This document shows, piece by piece, positions 1-9,977 of a DNA stretch of 64,000 nucleotides. Origin of the DNA: Bacteroidales bacterium (GTDB lineage: Bacteria; Bacteroidota; Bacteroidia; Bacteroidales; VadinHA17); assembly GCA_034003345.1 (NCBI GenBank), contig JAVEYS010000004.1, forward strand, positions 1,560 to 65,559, read 5' to 3'. The first letter of the stretch is position 1. Each line of letters starts with the position of its first letter. The position numbers and the translations under genes were made by a program. The notes below the pieces were generated by a model that was given only the letters and a program-made list of their open reading frames with translations, searched no databases and was not told where the DNA came from.

Positions 1-846
1 AACAGGCACACAGCTCACGGTACCTACTTCTTTGATTATGGAAATGCATTCCTGCTTGAGGCGTCACGTGCAGATGCCGACATCACCAACGGACACGGAG
101 GCTTTCGCTATCCATCCTATGTCGAGGATATCATGGGTCCTATCTGTTTTGACTATGGGTTCGGACCCTTCAGGTGGGTCTGCTGTTCCGGTGACCCTGC
201 AGACCTGCAGAAGAGTGACTCCATAGCCGCCGGCATTCTTGAACATCTGTTGCAGGATTCTCCTGAAGAGATCAGCCAACAGCTGTCCGATAATATTCAC
301 TGGATACGCGAAGCTGCCCGTAACAGACTTGTCGTGGGTTCTCAGGCCCGCATCCTTTATGCCGATGTCCGCGGCAGGACAATGATAGCGGAAGCTTTTA
401 ACCAGGCCGTGGCCTCAGGAGAGATCAGCGGACCTATAGTCATAGGCCGTGATCATCATGACGTTTCGGGCACTGATTCGCCTTTCAGGGAGACATCGAA
501 CATTTATGACGGGTCACGGTTTACCGCTGACATGGCTGTGCAGAATGTTATCGGTGATGCCTTTCGCGGTGCCACATGGGTCTCACTGCATAACGGCGGC
601 GGAGTGGGCTGGGGTGAGGTTATCAACGGCGGTTTCGGAATGGTGCTGGATGGCACACCGGAGGCAACAAGGCGTCTCAGGTCATTGCTCTTCTGGGATG
701 TTAATAACGGCATTGCACGCCGCAGCTGGGCGAGGAACAGTGGCGCCGTAGCAGCCATGACAAGAGAGTTGGAACGCACACCGGGGCTGGTGGTCACAAT
801 GCCGGAGCAGGCTGATGAGAAGCTGTTAGACTCGGTTCTCGGTTAG
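1..846 (+). CDS. hutU: urocanate hydratase (urocanase), C-terminal ~281 aa; the 5' end lies outside the window
   Basis: Frame 1 is open from base 1. The translation contains hallmark urocanase blocks (GTYFFDYGNAFLLEA, GFGPFRWVCCSGDP, VIGRDHHDVSGTDSPFRETSNIYDGS, SLHNGGGVGWGEVINGGFGMVLDG). The ORF-track ATG at 133 is internal. Confidence 0.9.
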   Translation, partial: NRHTAHGTYFFDYGNAFLLEASRADADITNGHGGFRYPSYVEDIMGPICFDYGFGPFRWVCCSGDPADLQKSDSIAAGILEHLLQDSPEEISQQLSDNIHWIREAARNRLVVGSQARILYADVRGRTMIAEAFNQAVASGEISGPIVIGRDHHDVSGTDSPFRETSNIYDGSRFTADMAVQNVIGDAFRGATWVSLHNGGGVGWGEVINGGFGMVLDGTPEATRRLRSLLFWDVNNGIARRSWARNSGAVAAMTRELERTPGLVVTMPEQADEKLLDSVLG

Positions 847-1343
847 ATATTGTCATTAATAAGATCGGAGAGAAGGCATACAGCCATTGCAACGATACCC
901 TCTCCGCGGCCGGCGAATCCCATCTTCTCTGTAGTGGTAGCTTTAACAGAGATAGCGTCAGGTGAGATGTTTGCCACAGAGGCCATCGTGGTTCGCATGG
1001 CGTTTATGTAGGGTGCAAGTTTAGGTGCTTCCAGGCATACAGTGCTGTCTATATTCACTATCCTGTAACCTTTTTCAGAGACTAACTGCACAGTCCGTTT
1101 CAGCAGAATCTTGCTGTCAATGCCCTTGAATTCATCGGAGGTGTCAGGGAAATGGTGCCCAATGTCGTTCAGTCCCGCTGCTCCCAGAAGGGCGTCACAT
1201 ATGGCATGAATAAGTACATCACCGTCGGAATGTGCTACGGAGCCTGTCGATGAGACGATATGAACGCCGCCAAGCCACAGCTCACGACCCTCCTCAAGAC
1301 GATGGAAATCGATGCCCTGTCCTATCCTTTGATGAAGTGTCAT
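843..1343 (-). CDS. ispF: 2-C-methyl-D-erythritol 2,4-cyclodiphosphate synthase
   Basis: 166 aa. Contains IGQGIDFHRL, AHSDGDVLIHAICDALLGAAGLNDIGHHFPDTSDEFKGIDS and the C-terminal TTTEKMGFAGRGEGI block typical of IspF. Confidence 0.9.
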   Translation of the reverse strand: MTLHQRIGQGIDFHRLEEGRELWLGGVHIVSSTGSVAHSDGDVLIHAICDALLGAAGLNDIGHHFPDTSDEFKGIDSKILLKRTVQLVSEKGYRIVNIDSTVCLEAPKLAPYINAMRTTMASVANISPDAISVKATTTEKMGFAGRGEGIVAMAVCLLSDLINDNI

Positions 1344-1350
1344 TTATCAG

Positions 1351-2514
1351 TTACTTCTGGCTCAGGTTGCGCAAAGAGTCGAACTCAAAGCCAAGAGAGA
1401 ATCTCAGTGTGCGGGCCAGGGGGTTGTTCTGTGTAATAGGGACCAGATAGGAGAAATCAAGTGAGAAGACACTCATCCTGAAACCGGCACCTACTGTAAA
1501 GTATTTTTTGTTACCCTTACTTGCTGCCTCATTGAAATAACCTGTCCTCAGTGCAAACTGCTGGTTATACCAGTATTCGATTCCTATCGACTGTGTGAAC
1601 TCCTTCATCTCCTCGCTGAAGCCGCCCGGAGCATCGTAGAAAGACTGGAAAATTGCAACCGGCACTGATACGTTCGGATCCATCCCGTCAATGATATTCC
1701 TGTCAGCATCATATATCGGAGGCGTTGGTACAAGCAGCTTATTGAGGTCGAAAGAGATGGACAGGAGATTGTACTTGTCGAGATTGACTGAGAATGTTGT
1801 TCCCAGGCGCATGTTCATGGGAATGAAATCAGGATCAACGTCGGTGGTATAGCTCATTTTTGAGCCTATGTTTGAAAGGTTGAGGCCGGCTGATATGGTG
1901 CCGTCTTTCGATCCAAGATCCAGTGTTGTCGTATAGTATGCAGAGGCGTCGGCAGCGTAAGCAATACCGGCTTTCGTCTCGGTGGAGCCCACGGTTATTC
2001 CACCAGTGATATTTGAATAGATGAACCTCAGGGCCACACCCCCAGACCAGTGTTCGGAGAAGAGCCTGGAGTATGCTACGTCAATGGAGAACTCATTAGG
2101 ATTGTAATCGCGCTGATAGTTACCGTAGTCATCTGTGAACTGTATATCTCCCAGTGATGAATACATCAGGCTGGCGGCAAACACCTGCCTGCTGTCTAAC
2201 CTGTAGTACCCGGTAAGATATGCCAGGTTAATATCGGGAACAAGTGCTCTCAGCCATGGCGAGTATGACATTCCAAAACCTCCGTTGCCGTCGATGAAAG
2301 CATATTTTGCGGGATTCCAGTGCATGCTGTAAAGATCTGGTGTGGTTGCCACACCCGCGTCACCGAGAGCTCCGGAACGTGAATCAGGCGCAATAGTAAG
2401 AAAGGGAACAACAGTCTGGATAACGTTGTATGGGTCCTCATCCTGTGCTGAAAGAGGTATGGTAAATGCAAATAAAAGTAGTATCGTGCTAACAGTCAGC
2501 GCCTTGTTTTTCAT
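1351..2514 (-). CDS. porV: T9SS outer-membrane beta-barrel protein PorV (LptO)
   Basis: 387 aa with signal peptide MKNKALTVSTILLLFAFTIPLSAQ. It has the N-terminal block VVPFLTIAPDSRSGALGDAGVATTPD and a beta-barrel-like alternating pattern throughout. It sits directly downstream of porU, the known conserved arrangement. Confidence 0.85.
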   Translation of the reverse strand: MKNKALTVSTILLLFAFTIPLSAQDEDPYNVIQTVVPFLTIAPDSRSGALGDAGVATTPDLYSMHWNPAKYAFIDGNGGFGMSYSPWLRALVPDINLAYLTGYYRLDSRQVFAASLMYSSLGDIQFTDDYGNYQRDYNPNEFSIDVAYSRLFSEHWSGGVALRFIYSNITGGITVGSTETKAGIAYAADASAYYTTTLDLGSKDGTISAGLNLSNIGSKMSYTTDVDPDFIPMNMRLGTTFSVNLDKYNLLSISFDLNKLLVPTPPIYDADRNIIDGMDPNVSVPVAIFQSFYDAPGGFSEEMKEFTQSIGIEYWYNQQFALRTGYFNEAASKGNKKYFTVGAGFRMSVFSLDFSYLVPITQNNPLARTLRFSLGFEFDSLRNLSQK

Positions 2515-2578
2515 GTTGATTCAGATTCAATATTAGTGCAAATATAAAACAAAAAAAAAGGCGAGTTATTGTGTTGTT

Positions 2579-5500
2579 TTACAAAATGATGATACGGCCT
2601 GTGGCACTACTTTTTTCTCCTCCCGTGGTAACTGCTTCAACTCTCCACAGATAGAGTCCACGGGCAACCCTTCCTCCGTTTTCGTCGCACCCATCCCAGG
2701 GTATGTCCGGCAACGCGTATCCTGCACTGTTTACCTGCTCTCTGATCACCCGCACAGACCTGCCGTCAGTGCTGAAGACAGTGATGGTGATATTCATCTC
2801 TGTACCTGGTCTGTTGTGCCCGGCAGTGAATTTAGTTGAACCGGTGACAGGGTTAGGGAATGCCAGCAGGTCTGTCAGCCGGAAGATGCCGCTGGTCTCA
2901 ACCACGAACGTGATGGTTGCCACGGAGGGATTGTTAACGTTGTCCCATGCTCTCACCGAGATAGTATGCTCACCTTTCTCAGTGACAATCATCGGGTAGG
3001 TAAGGCTGCCGGAGTTGTGCACTCCGATGTCAGCTCTGAAGAGGCTGTTGAGTACCACCGCTCCTGACATGTCATCATCAAGCCAGGCAATGATGTCATG
3101 CCCTATGCCGGTACCAGTGGCATTAATGCCTGAAGGGTCACTTAGCAGCGCCAGCAGCACGGGGGAGGTGTCTGTCACTCCCCCGTCATTGAAGAGGGTG
3201 TCATTCATGAACAACCTGATGACAGGACCCTGGCTGTCATTGATGTAATTTCCCGAAAATCCTCCAACAGTTATTCCATCGAAGCTTCCGTTCATGTCTG
3301 TTATACCGTTACAGGCATAATAGCCTATTTTCCCCGGCCCCGGCGAGTAGTTTATGTCGAGGGGGACGATGAAAGAGAAGCTGAACCTGCCCTCTGAAAC
3401 AACTGTTGTTCCCCTGAAGATCACATCTCCGTTGACTGGATATGTCATCGTAGATCCCCCGTCATTGGCCAGTGTGGTTATATGTCCGGGTTTGTCGAAA
3501 ACGGCAGGTTCCACTATCCCGTTGAACCCTGTCAACAGGTTGCCGTCATTATCTTCTATATGACCGCTTATGGTTATCAGTGACAATGCTTTAAGGGTGT
3601 CTGTGGTAAACTCAACTGAGACTCCGTTGATGCTGTCTGTCACCACTCTGCCATCTACGGGCCATGCCAGCCTCAGGGCGGGGTCGCCAAGAAGCAGGAA
3701 GTTGCGCTTGTTCATGCCCGTCCCGGAGTTGATCTTTGCCAGCCTGATGATATCACCCAGTCTCATCGCCCTGCCGTCAGCAGCTATACTGAAGGCATGG
3801 TCGTATATATTTCTGTTAAGGGTGTAGTTGGGGGCCGAATAGACCACCCTGGTGGTACTCATCAGTGCTACGCCCCCGCCATCGGGGTTGAGAAGTACCA
3901 TCTCCCCGGCAGATGTTCTGGCGGATATTGTTCCTGTGCCCTGGTTGATCTCCACATCGTCAAACCTTGAGAACTCGCAGGTGGCAGTTATGAAGAGGGG
4001 GAGCATCTCCCCGTTCCTCCAGGAGTTGATATTGTCAGTGCTGATAACTCTCTCATGGGCGAGGCCTGTCTCGCTGCCATGTCCTACATAATTCATGATG
4101 AGACAGCCCGCCGCCATACGGTCATCGATAGCCTTGGCGGCATCGGGGTATGCACTGCCGGTAACGGTTGTCACCTGACGATAAGCGTCAAGATAGATCT
4201 TCTGGGTGGTTAGCGGAGGGGCAGCAGCAGTGGCGGTCTGGGAGAGACCCTCAGCATCCAGCATGTGAAGGTTGGAGTCTTCATCATCGGCCACAATGCA
4301 GAGGAGGTTACGCCATGACCCCTGTGATGACCCCCTGAGATAGGAGGCGGTCTTTCTCACCATGATGCCTGCCGAGGCTGTATCGTATGCCGGTAACCGT
4401 CCTATACCGATATCCAGGTATCCGTCGGCCTCACCCTCGCCTTCATCCAGAAGTCCAAAGAAATCATCCGAGGTGAATGAAAGTACCCCTACATGTGAGT
4501 TGACCGACTGCCAGGTAGGGATGAAGGCATTATTCTGTGGTGGCGGGGTCTTGTTTTCATAAGACCCGTCGCCGAAAAGGAGCAGGTACCGGAGTGAGGA
4601 ACCGTTACTATTGACCCTGTCATAGATCATTTTTACAAAATTCCTGATGGCGACAGCATCGGGTATGCCTCCCGAGAATTCATTGTATATCTGTTCGGGT
4701 GTCACAACAATGGAAGTGGTCCCGTCATCAGCAAGATGCAGCTCCGCAAGTCTTTCTGCATAGTTCTCAAACAGAGGATGGGTAACGATGATCATCTCTG
4801 CCCGGTCAAGCCCGTGCAGGTTCTGGTTGGAGACAGACACGGTGGTACTCAGTGGCTGTTTAAGATTACTCGTTTTAAAGGCCACGAATTTCCTGAGACT
4901 GTCAGTGGAAGCTGTGAACAGAGTGTTTCCCGAAGCGGTTGCAGTCTGGATCACTATTGGTGAGAAGGGGTCAGTCACATCCCACACCGTCAGCGACGGA
5001 GATCCCTCCACGGTAAAGCGTGTGACGGCCGCCGTTCCCGTTGTCCGGCTGTCACTGATGAAGAGCTGACTGTCGCGGTACACGAGCCTGGCTCTTGCCA
5101 TAAAATCGACGTAGTCAATATATCCTGTTGCCGCCAGATTGCCTCCTGCCTGGAAGGCAAGGGTGAAAAAGGGTGCACCGGAGGCCGGGAAGCATGAATC
5201 AGCAACCTCGCTGATTGATGCATAGATACCGTTAATGTCTGCCATACTGACAGGTGCGAGGTCTATCGTCCTGAGCTCCTCTGATCCCTGGCTGAGAGTG
5301 AAGGAGACGCCAGTGTCGGAACGACCCAAAACCCTTATCCTGTACTTTATCTTCTCTGTAAGGATCAGATCGGCAAATGGTGGTGTCACATCGTTCTGAA
5401 CGCCGGCAATCACCTGCTGGTACCATTCTCTTCCTGATTTGATAAGGTTTTTCTCATCGAGTTCATGACGGAGGGCTACATCTGTGGCAGATGAAGTCTG

Positions 5501-5989
5501 ATTGTATGACATTGCCGGCGCTGTCTCCGTCACAACCTGATCAGGCCCACCCGGCTCTGATGTGAGGAAATACCATGCCGTATCCGAATAACAGTGTCTC
5601 AGATAGTTATATGTGTCTGTATTCTTGTCATATACCATCCTGTGTGTGCCTTCGGCGTAGAAAAGCAGATAATCACCTTCATTGAAAATACCATCGGCCC
5701 CCTTTTCAGACTTTACGGCGATTTTCCTCAGGTCATCGGGGGCGCTGCCATCGTTGTAGAAAGAGAGTTGGCCTTTGTTGTTACCATAGAGTACAGCAGT
5801 GGAGGGGTCGGTAATGCCCATTGCCCTGATGCCTGTATAATCAAGCCTGTAGATGCCTTCTTCCATGACGGCTATCTTCACCCATTTCCCTGACCTGAGG
5901 ACGGATCCGGATGCATAGTCCTGCGAAAAGGCTGACATGGCCGGGAGCAGGATGATGATGGAAATGAGCAGGCTTTTCAGTTTCATCAT
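2579..5989 (-). CDS. porU: T9SS C-terminal signal peptidase/sortase PorU (C25 gingipain-like)
   Basis: About 1136 aa from the MMKLKSLLISIIILLPAMSAFSQ signal peptide; the ORF is open back to 6022. It has a C25-type core (LLLFGDGSYENK, NYVGHGSETGLAHE, FITATCEFSRFDD) and a T9SS CTD-like tail (GLYLWRVEAVTTGGEKSSATGRIIIL). Confidence 0.85.
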   Translation of the reverse strand: MMKLKSLLISIIILLPAMSAFSQDYASGSVLRSGKWVKIAVMEEGIYRLDYTGIRAMGITDPSTAVLYGNNKGQLSFYNDGSAPDDLRKIAVKSEKGADGIFNEGDYLLFYAEGTHRMVYDKNTDTYNYLRHCYSDTAWYFLTSEPGGPDQVVTETAPAMSYNQTSSATDVALRHELDEKNLIKSGREWYQQVIAGVQNDVTPPFADLILTEKIKYRIRVLGRSDTGVSFTLSQGSEELRTIDLAPVSMADINGIYASISEVADSCFPASGAPFFTLAFQAGGNLAATGYIDYVDFMARARLVYRDSQLFISDSRTTGTAAVTRFTVEGSPSLTVWDVTDPFSPIVIQTATASGNTLFTASTDSLRKFVAFKTSNLKQPLSTTVSVSNQNLHGLDRAEMIIVTHPLFENYAERLAELHLADDGTTSIVVTPEQIYNEFSGGIPDAVAIRNFVKMIYDRVNSNGSSLRYLLLFGDGSYENKTPPPQNNAFIPTWQSVNSHVGVLSFTSDDFFGLLDEGEGEADGYLDIGIGRLPAYDTASAGIMVRKTASYLRGSSQGSWRNLLCIVADDEDSNLHMLDAEGLSQTATAAAPPLTTQKIYLDAYRQVTTVTGSAYPDAAKAIDDRMAAGCLIMNYVGHGSETGLAHERVISTDNINSWRNGEMLPLFITATCEFSRFDDVEINQGTGTISARTSAGEMVLLNPDGGGVALMSTTRVVYSAPNYTLNRNIYDHAFSIAADGRAMRLGDIIRLAKINSGTGMNKRNFLLLGDPALRLAWPVDGRVVTDSINGVSVEFTTDTLKALSLITISGHIEDNDGNLLTGFNGIVEPAVFDKPGHITTLANDGGSTMTYPVNGDVIFRGTTVVSEGRFSFSFIVPLDINYSPGPGKIGYYACNGITDMNGSFDGITVGGFSGNYINDSQGPVIRLFMNDTLFNDGGVTDTSPVLLALLSDPSGINATGTGIGHDIIAWLDDDMSGAVVLNSLFRADIGVHNSGSLTYPMIVTEKGEHTISVRAWDNVNNPSVATITFVVETSGIFRLTDLLAFPNPVTGSTKFTAGHNRPGTEMNITITVFSTDGRSVRVIREQVNSAGYALPDIPWDGCDENGGRVARGLYLWRVEAVTTGGEKSSATGRIIIL

Positions 5990-6088
5990 CGCAAAGATAG
6001 TCAAGTAGGTTATCTTTGCCATCTGATTGACGCCGGCACGTGTAAAATATTACACGATCCGGATCGTTGATATTGCTGAAACATTACC

Positions 6089-7054
6089 ATGAGGCTCAGA
6101 TACAGGACTCTTTTTGCGGGATTGATTTTTACTGTTGCTGCCGTCAGCGGACAGGATACCTGGTACGGATCTGTGTCGGGTATGCAGGTTATGTATAACC
6201 CTGCCTGGGCAGGTACGGCAGAGACAGCAAGCCTCAACATATCCGCCTGCTCATTTCTTCCGGGAAACGGTTTTGGCATGAAATCGGTATATACCTCTTA
6301 TGACAGCTATATTGAAGCACTTCACGGAGGCGCAGCAATATGGATCGTCGACGATATAGCGGGCGAGGTAATGAATGATTTAAGGGGCGGAGCTTCATAT
6401 GCCTACCACTTCCGTGCCGGAAGGAACCTGTATGTTACAGCAGGCCTTAATGCGTCGCTGGTCAGCAGAGGGATCAGGTCAGGTTCTGTCATCCTTCCGG
6501 ATGACATAGATCCTTTCAGGGGGATCACGGGAGGATCATCCGTGTACCTGCCGCAGGATAACATCAATCGCTTTGATCTGGGCACAGGTATCTCATTTGC
6601 CTATGGACAATGGTACGGTGGGGCCTCGGTCATGCATCTCACACAGCCTTACCTGGGGGAGGACCCCCAGGAGTACAACAGGCTAAACCGCCTTTATACA
6701 CTGATCGCAGGAGCTACACTGAATCCCGGAGGAAGGGAGTTTTTCCTGAAGCCATCTGCTGCTTTCCTGGTCCAGGGAGATAATTTCACTCTGTATTTAG
6801 GCTCGGAGGCCAGTTATAAAGGCCTTATGCCGGGAATATCACTCTGGCATGTCAGGCACGGCTTTACTGCAGCTGAAACCTCTCTGGGATGGGAGGCCGG
6901 CCATGTAAAGATCATATTATCATATAGTTATATTCTCTCCGGAGGTGATGTATCGTTCAATGGCACGGCCATTGTGAAGGCCGGGCTGTTATTTAGTTTT
7001 AATAATGTTGAAAAAAGAAGGGTTGCCCACATAATAAACTTACCTGTTTTGTAG
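6089..7054 (+). CDS. PorP/SprF-family T9SS membrane protein (divergent paralogue)
   Basis: 321 aa with a signal peptide. An NPAWAG motif sits near the N-terminus, where the family has NPAYAG. The beta-barrel-like pattern and size match the clearer PorP/SprF paralogue at 44548. It is divergent from porU and upstream of the GldJ-like gene. Confidence 0.65.
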   Translation: MRLRYRTLFAGLIFTVAAVSGQDTWYGSVSGMQVMYNPAWAGTAETASLNISACSFLPGNGFGMKSVYTSYDSYIEALHGGAAIWIVDDIAGEVMNDLRGGASYAYHFRAGRNLYVTAGLNASLVSRGIRSGSVILPDDIDPFRGITGGSSVYLPQDNINRFDLGTGISFAYGQWYGGASVMHLTQPYLGEDPQEYNRLNRLYTLIAGATLNPGGREFFLKPSAAFLVQGDNFTLYLGSEASYKGLMPGISLWHVRHGFTAAETSLGWEAGHVKIILSYSYILSGGDVSFNGTAIVKAGLLFSFNNVEKRRVAHIINLPVL

Positions 7055-7122
7055 TTATTTTGGTGCAGAGTTTTCTGAATGAACAAAACTTACACACAAA
7101 AAATTAATTAAGTAAACCTTAT

Positions 7123-8616
7123 ATGGCTATGTATAAACTCAGAGCTTTACCGGTTTTTGTAGTTGTTGCTCTCTTCCTCTTCTCCTGCAAAGGTGGAAAG
7201 CAGGAAAATGTATCTCCGACTACTGGCTGGAGCTACAGAAATCCTAAATCAAGTGATGTCAATGATCTTGGCTACCCGATAGGGGAGGCTTCAGAGCAGA
7301 TTACCGGCCCCAACCTTGTCCTCATTGAAGGAGGTACCTTCACCATGGGAAGGGTTGAGCAGGATGTGATGTTTGACTGGAACAATACTCCACGCAGGGT
7401 CACCGTTTCCTCTTTCTATATGGATGAGACAGAGGTCACCAACCTAGATTACCGTGAATATCTCTATTGGCTGAAGAGGGTATACAGCGATTATCCGGAG
7501 GTTCACCGCCGTGCTCTTCCTGACACGCTTGTATGGAGAACCCCTCTGGCCTTCAATGAGCCCTACGTTCAGTATTACTTCCGTCATCCCTCATACAACG
7601 CTTATCCTGTTGTAGGTGTAAGCTGGCTGCAGGCCAATGACTACTGTGTATGGCGTACTGACAGGGTCAATGAACAGATACTGCTTGACAGCAAGTGGCA
7701 GGATGCAAATGTAGAGCAGTCCGGTGCCAATAACTTCAACACCGAATCATATCTTGCAGGTCAGTATGAAGGGGTTCCCGGTCAGAGGGTTGACGAGCTT
7801 CATCCGCGCGTCCGCCAGGAGGATGGTGTTCTTCTGCCACGCTATCGTCTGCCGACGGAGGCTGAGTGGGAGTTTGCCGCTTACGGCCTAAGGGGCAATA
7901 CCTTTGAAGAGAGGATCTATGAAAGAGCCATATATCCATGGGACGGTCATAACGTGCGCAACGCAGCACCCAAGAACAGGGGTGAGTTCATGGCCAACTT
8001 CGTCCGTGGCCGTGGTGACATGATGGGTGTTGCCGGAAACCTTAACGATGCAGGAAGTATCACTGTTGATGTGAGATCATACTGGCCCAATGACTACGGT
8101 CTATACTGTATGGCTGGAAATGTCAACGAGTGGGTGCAGGATGTCTACCGTCCTCTCTCATCAGATGATGTTGATATGTTCAACCCGTTCAGGGGTAACG
8201 TCTTCACAGACCTGAGGCGCGATGCCAACGGGCAGGTCGTCGAAAAAGACAGACTGGGAAGGCTTCAGATTGACACAGTCAAACCGGAGGATGTGGCTAA
8301 CAGGTTTAACTACCAGAAGTCTGATTACCGTAACTACCTCGACGGTGACGTCATCTCCAGCATATCATCCAGTCTTGAGTGGTCAGGCAATGCTGACCTC
8401 CCGCAGACAGAAAGGATGTATTCACAGAACGAGATTGACAATGACTATGTGACCCTTATTAATGATAAGGCCAGGGTCTTCAAGGGCGGATCATGGAAAG
8501 ACAGAGCTTACTGGCTCAATCCTTCAACACGCCGTTATCTTGATCAGGAGTCCTCACGTGATGACCTCGGCTTCAGGTGTGCAATGATCAGGGTGGGTAG
8601 TCCTGTAGGATTGTAA
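7123..8616 (+). CDS. gldJ: gliding-motility/T9SS lipoprotein of the GldJ/PorK (FGE-sulfatase, SUMF1) family, probably GldJ
   Basis: 497 aa with a lipoprotein signal (VVALFLFSC-KGG). It has an FGE-type domain ending GGSWKDRAYWLNPSTRRYLDQESSRDDLGFRCAM. No porL/M/N follow; murF follows instead, as I recall for gldJ in Flavobacterium johnsoniae. Confidence 0.7.
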   Translation: MAMYKLRALPVFVVVALFLFSCKGGKQENVSPTTGWSYRNPKSSDVNDLGYPIGEASEQITGPNLVLIEGGTFTMGRVEQDVMFDWNNTPRRVTVSSFYMDETEVTNLDYREYLYWLKRVYSDYPEVHRRALPDTLVWRTPLAFNEPYVQYYFRHPSYNAYPVVGVSWLQANDYCVWRTDRVNEQILLDSKWQDANVEQSGANNFNTESYLAGQYEGVPGQRVDELHPRVRQEDGVLLPRYRLPTEAEWEFAAYGLRGNTFEERIYERAIYPWDGHNVRNAAPKNRGEFMANFVRGRGDMMGVAGNLNDAGSITVDVRSYWPNDYGLYCMAGNVNEWVQDVYRPLSSDDVDMFNPFRGNVFTDLRRDANGQVVEKDRLGRLQIDTVKPEDVANRFNYQKSDYRNYLDGDVISSISSSLEWSGNADLPQTERMYSQNEIDNDYVTLINDKARVFKGGSWKDRAYWLNPSTRRYLDQESSRDDLGFRCAMIRVGSPVGL

Positions 8617-8643
8617 AAAAGAGTACAAAAGGATATATAACAG

Positions 8644-8676
8644 GCCTCATTATGAATAATAATGAGGCTTCTTTTT
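8644..8676 (+). terminator. rho-independent terminator after the gldJ-like gene
   Basis: A perfect 10-bp stem (gcctcattat / ataatgaggc) with a 5-nt loop is followed by ttcttttt. Confidence 0.55.
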
Positions 8677-8678
8677 AG

Positions 8679-9977
8679 ATGATCATGGATATTGAGAGGT
8701 TATATGAGCTCTACCGCAGCTCATCAGGTATTACCACTGACTCACGGTCAGCAGGCCGCAATCAGATTTTTTTTGCACTGAGAGGCCCAAACCATGACGG
8801 CAACAGACATGCTATCGCTGCCCTTGAAGCCGGAGCCCTGGCTGCTGTTGTTGATGATCGTTCACTGTCAGGTGAAAAGATGGTGTTTGTTGATGATGTT
8901 CTTGAGACACTGACAGCGCTGGCGGCTTTTCATCGCCGCAGGCTGACGGTGCCTGTCATTGCCGTGACCGGCACCAATGGCAAGACAACCACCAAGGAAC
9001 TCCTTACTGCAGTGCTCTCCAGGAAAGGGAAGGTACACAGTACATCCGGGAATTTAAATAATCATATAGGAGTGCCACTGACGCTCCTGAGCGCCCCCGG
9101 GGATGCCATGTTTCTGGTGGTGGAGATGGGAGCCAATCACAGGGGTGAGATAGCAGCATTATGTGACACAGCGATGCCCACGCACGGCATCATAACCAAT
9201 ATTGGGACAGCACATATTGAGGGCTTCGGGTCTTTTGACAATGTCAGAGAGGCTAAATCGGAGCTCTACCTCTGGCTCGGAGAAAGCAGGGGCACTGCCA
9301 TTTATGATGATGACAATCCTGTTCTGAACGGGATTATCTCCTTAGCCTATAAGGCTGTTCCCTATTCGTCGCCGGCAGGGCATGAGATGAAGGTCGTGCC
9401 AGCAGATGGAGACAGCATGCATCTCGCTGTCAATGCGGTGGTGGATGGGCATGAGTATCTCTTTAAGACCGCCCTGTTCGGTTCTTACAATATTGATAAT
9501 ATACGGACGGCCATGGCCACTGGACTCTTTTTTGATGTGCCCGTCGCCGAGATCATCGATGCTGTCTCTGCATACTGTCCCGCCAATAACCGGTCGCAGG
9601 TTGTTGATACCGGTAATAATATTGTGATCCGTGATGCATACAATGCCAATCCCTCAAGTATGGAGAAAGCCATTACATCATTCGCAGCAATTAGGTCAGA
9701 AAAAAAGATGGTAATCCTTGGCGACATGCTGGAGTTGGGTAGTGAGAGTGAGACAGGTCATGCCGCAGTGATCAGGCAGCTCAGCGGTCTCGGGCAAGTA
9801 AGCATTGTGCTTGTCGGTCCGCGTTTCCGGAAGGCGGCAGGTGGCTTCTCCTCCCTGCTCTTCGGATCGTCCACGGAGGCGGCTGAATGGCTGGGGTCTG
9901 AAAGACCCCGGGGGTATACTGTCCTGGTAAAAGGATCGCGGGGAATGATGCTTGAGAAAGTATTTCCTTTACTCTGA
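8679..9977 (+). CDS. murF: UDP-N-acetylmuramoyl-tripeptide--D-alanyl-D-alanine ligase
   Basis: 432 aa. It has the Mur ligase P-loop VTGTNGKTTTKELL, plus NNHIGVPLTLL and DAYNANPSSM motifs. Confidence 0.9.
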   Translation: MIMDIERLYELYRSSSGITTDSRSAGRNQIFFALRGPNHDGNRHAIAALEAGALAAVVDDRSLSGEKMVFVDDVLETLTALAAFHRRRLTVPVIAVTGTNGKTTTKELLTAVLSRKGKVHSTSGNLNNHIGVPLTLLSAPGDAMFLVVEMGANHRGEIAALCDTAMPTHGIITNIGTAHIEGFGSFDNVREAKSELYLWLGESRGTAIYDDDNPVLNGIISLAYKAVPYSSPAGHEMKVVPADGDSMHLAVNAVVDGHEYLFKTALFGSYNIDNIRTAMATGLFFDVPVAEIIDAVSAYCPANNRSQVVDTGNNIVIRDAYNANPSSMEKAITSFAAIRSEKKMVILGDMLELGSESETGHAAVIRQLSGLGQVSIVLVGPRFRKAAGGFSSLLFGSSTEAAEWLGSERPRGYTVLVKGSRGMMLEKVFPLL

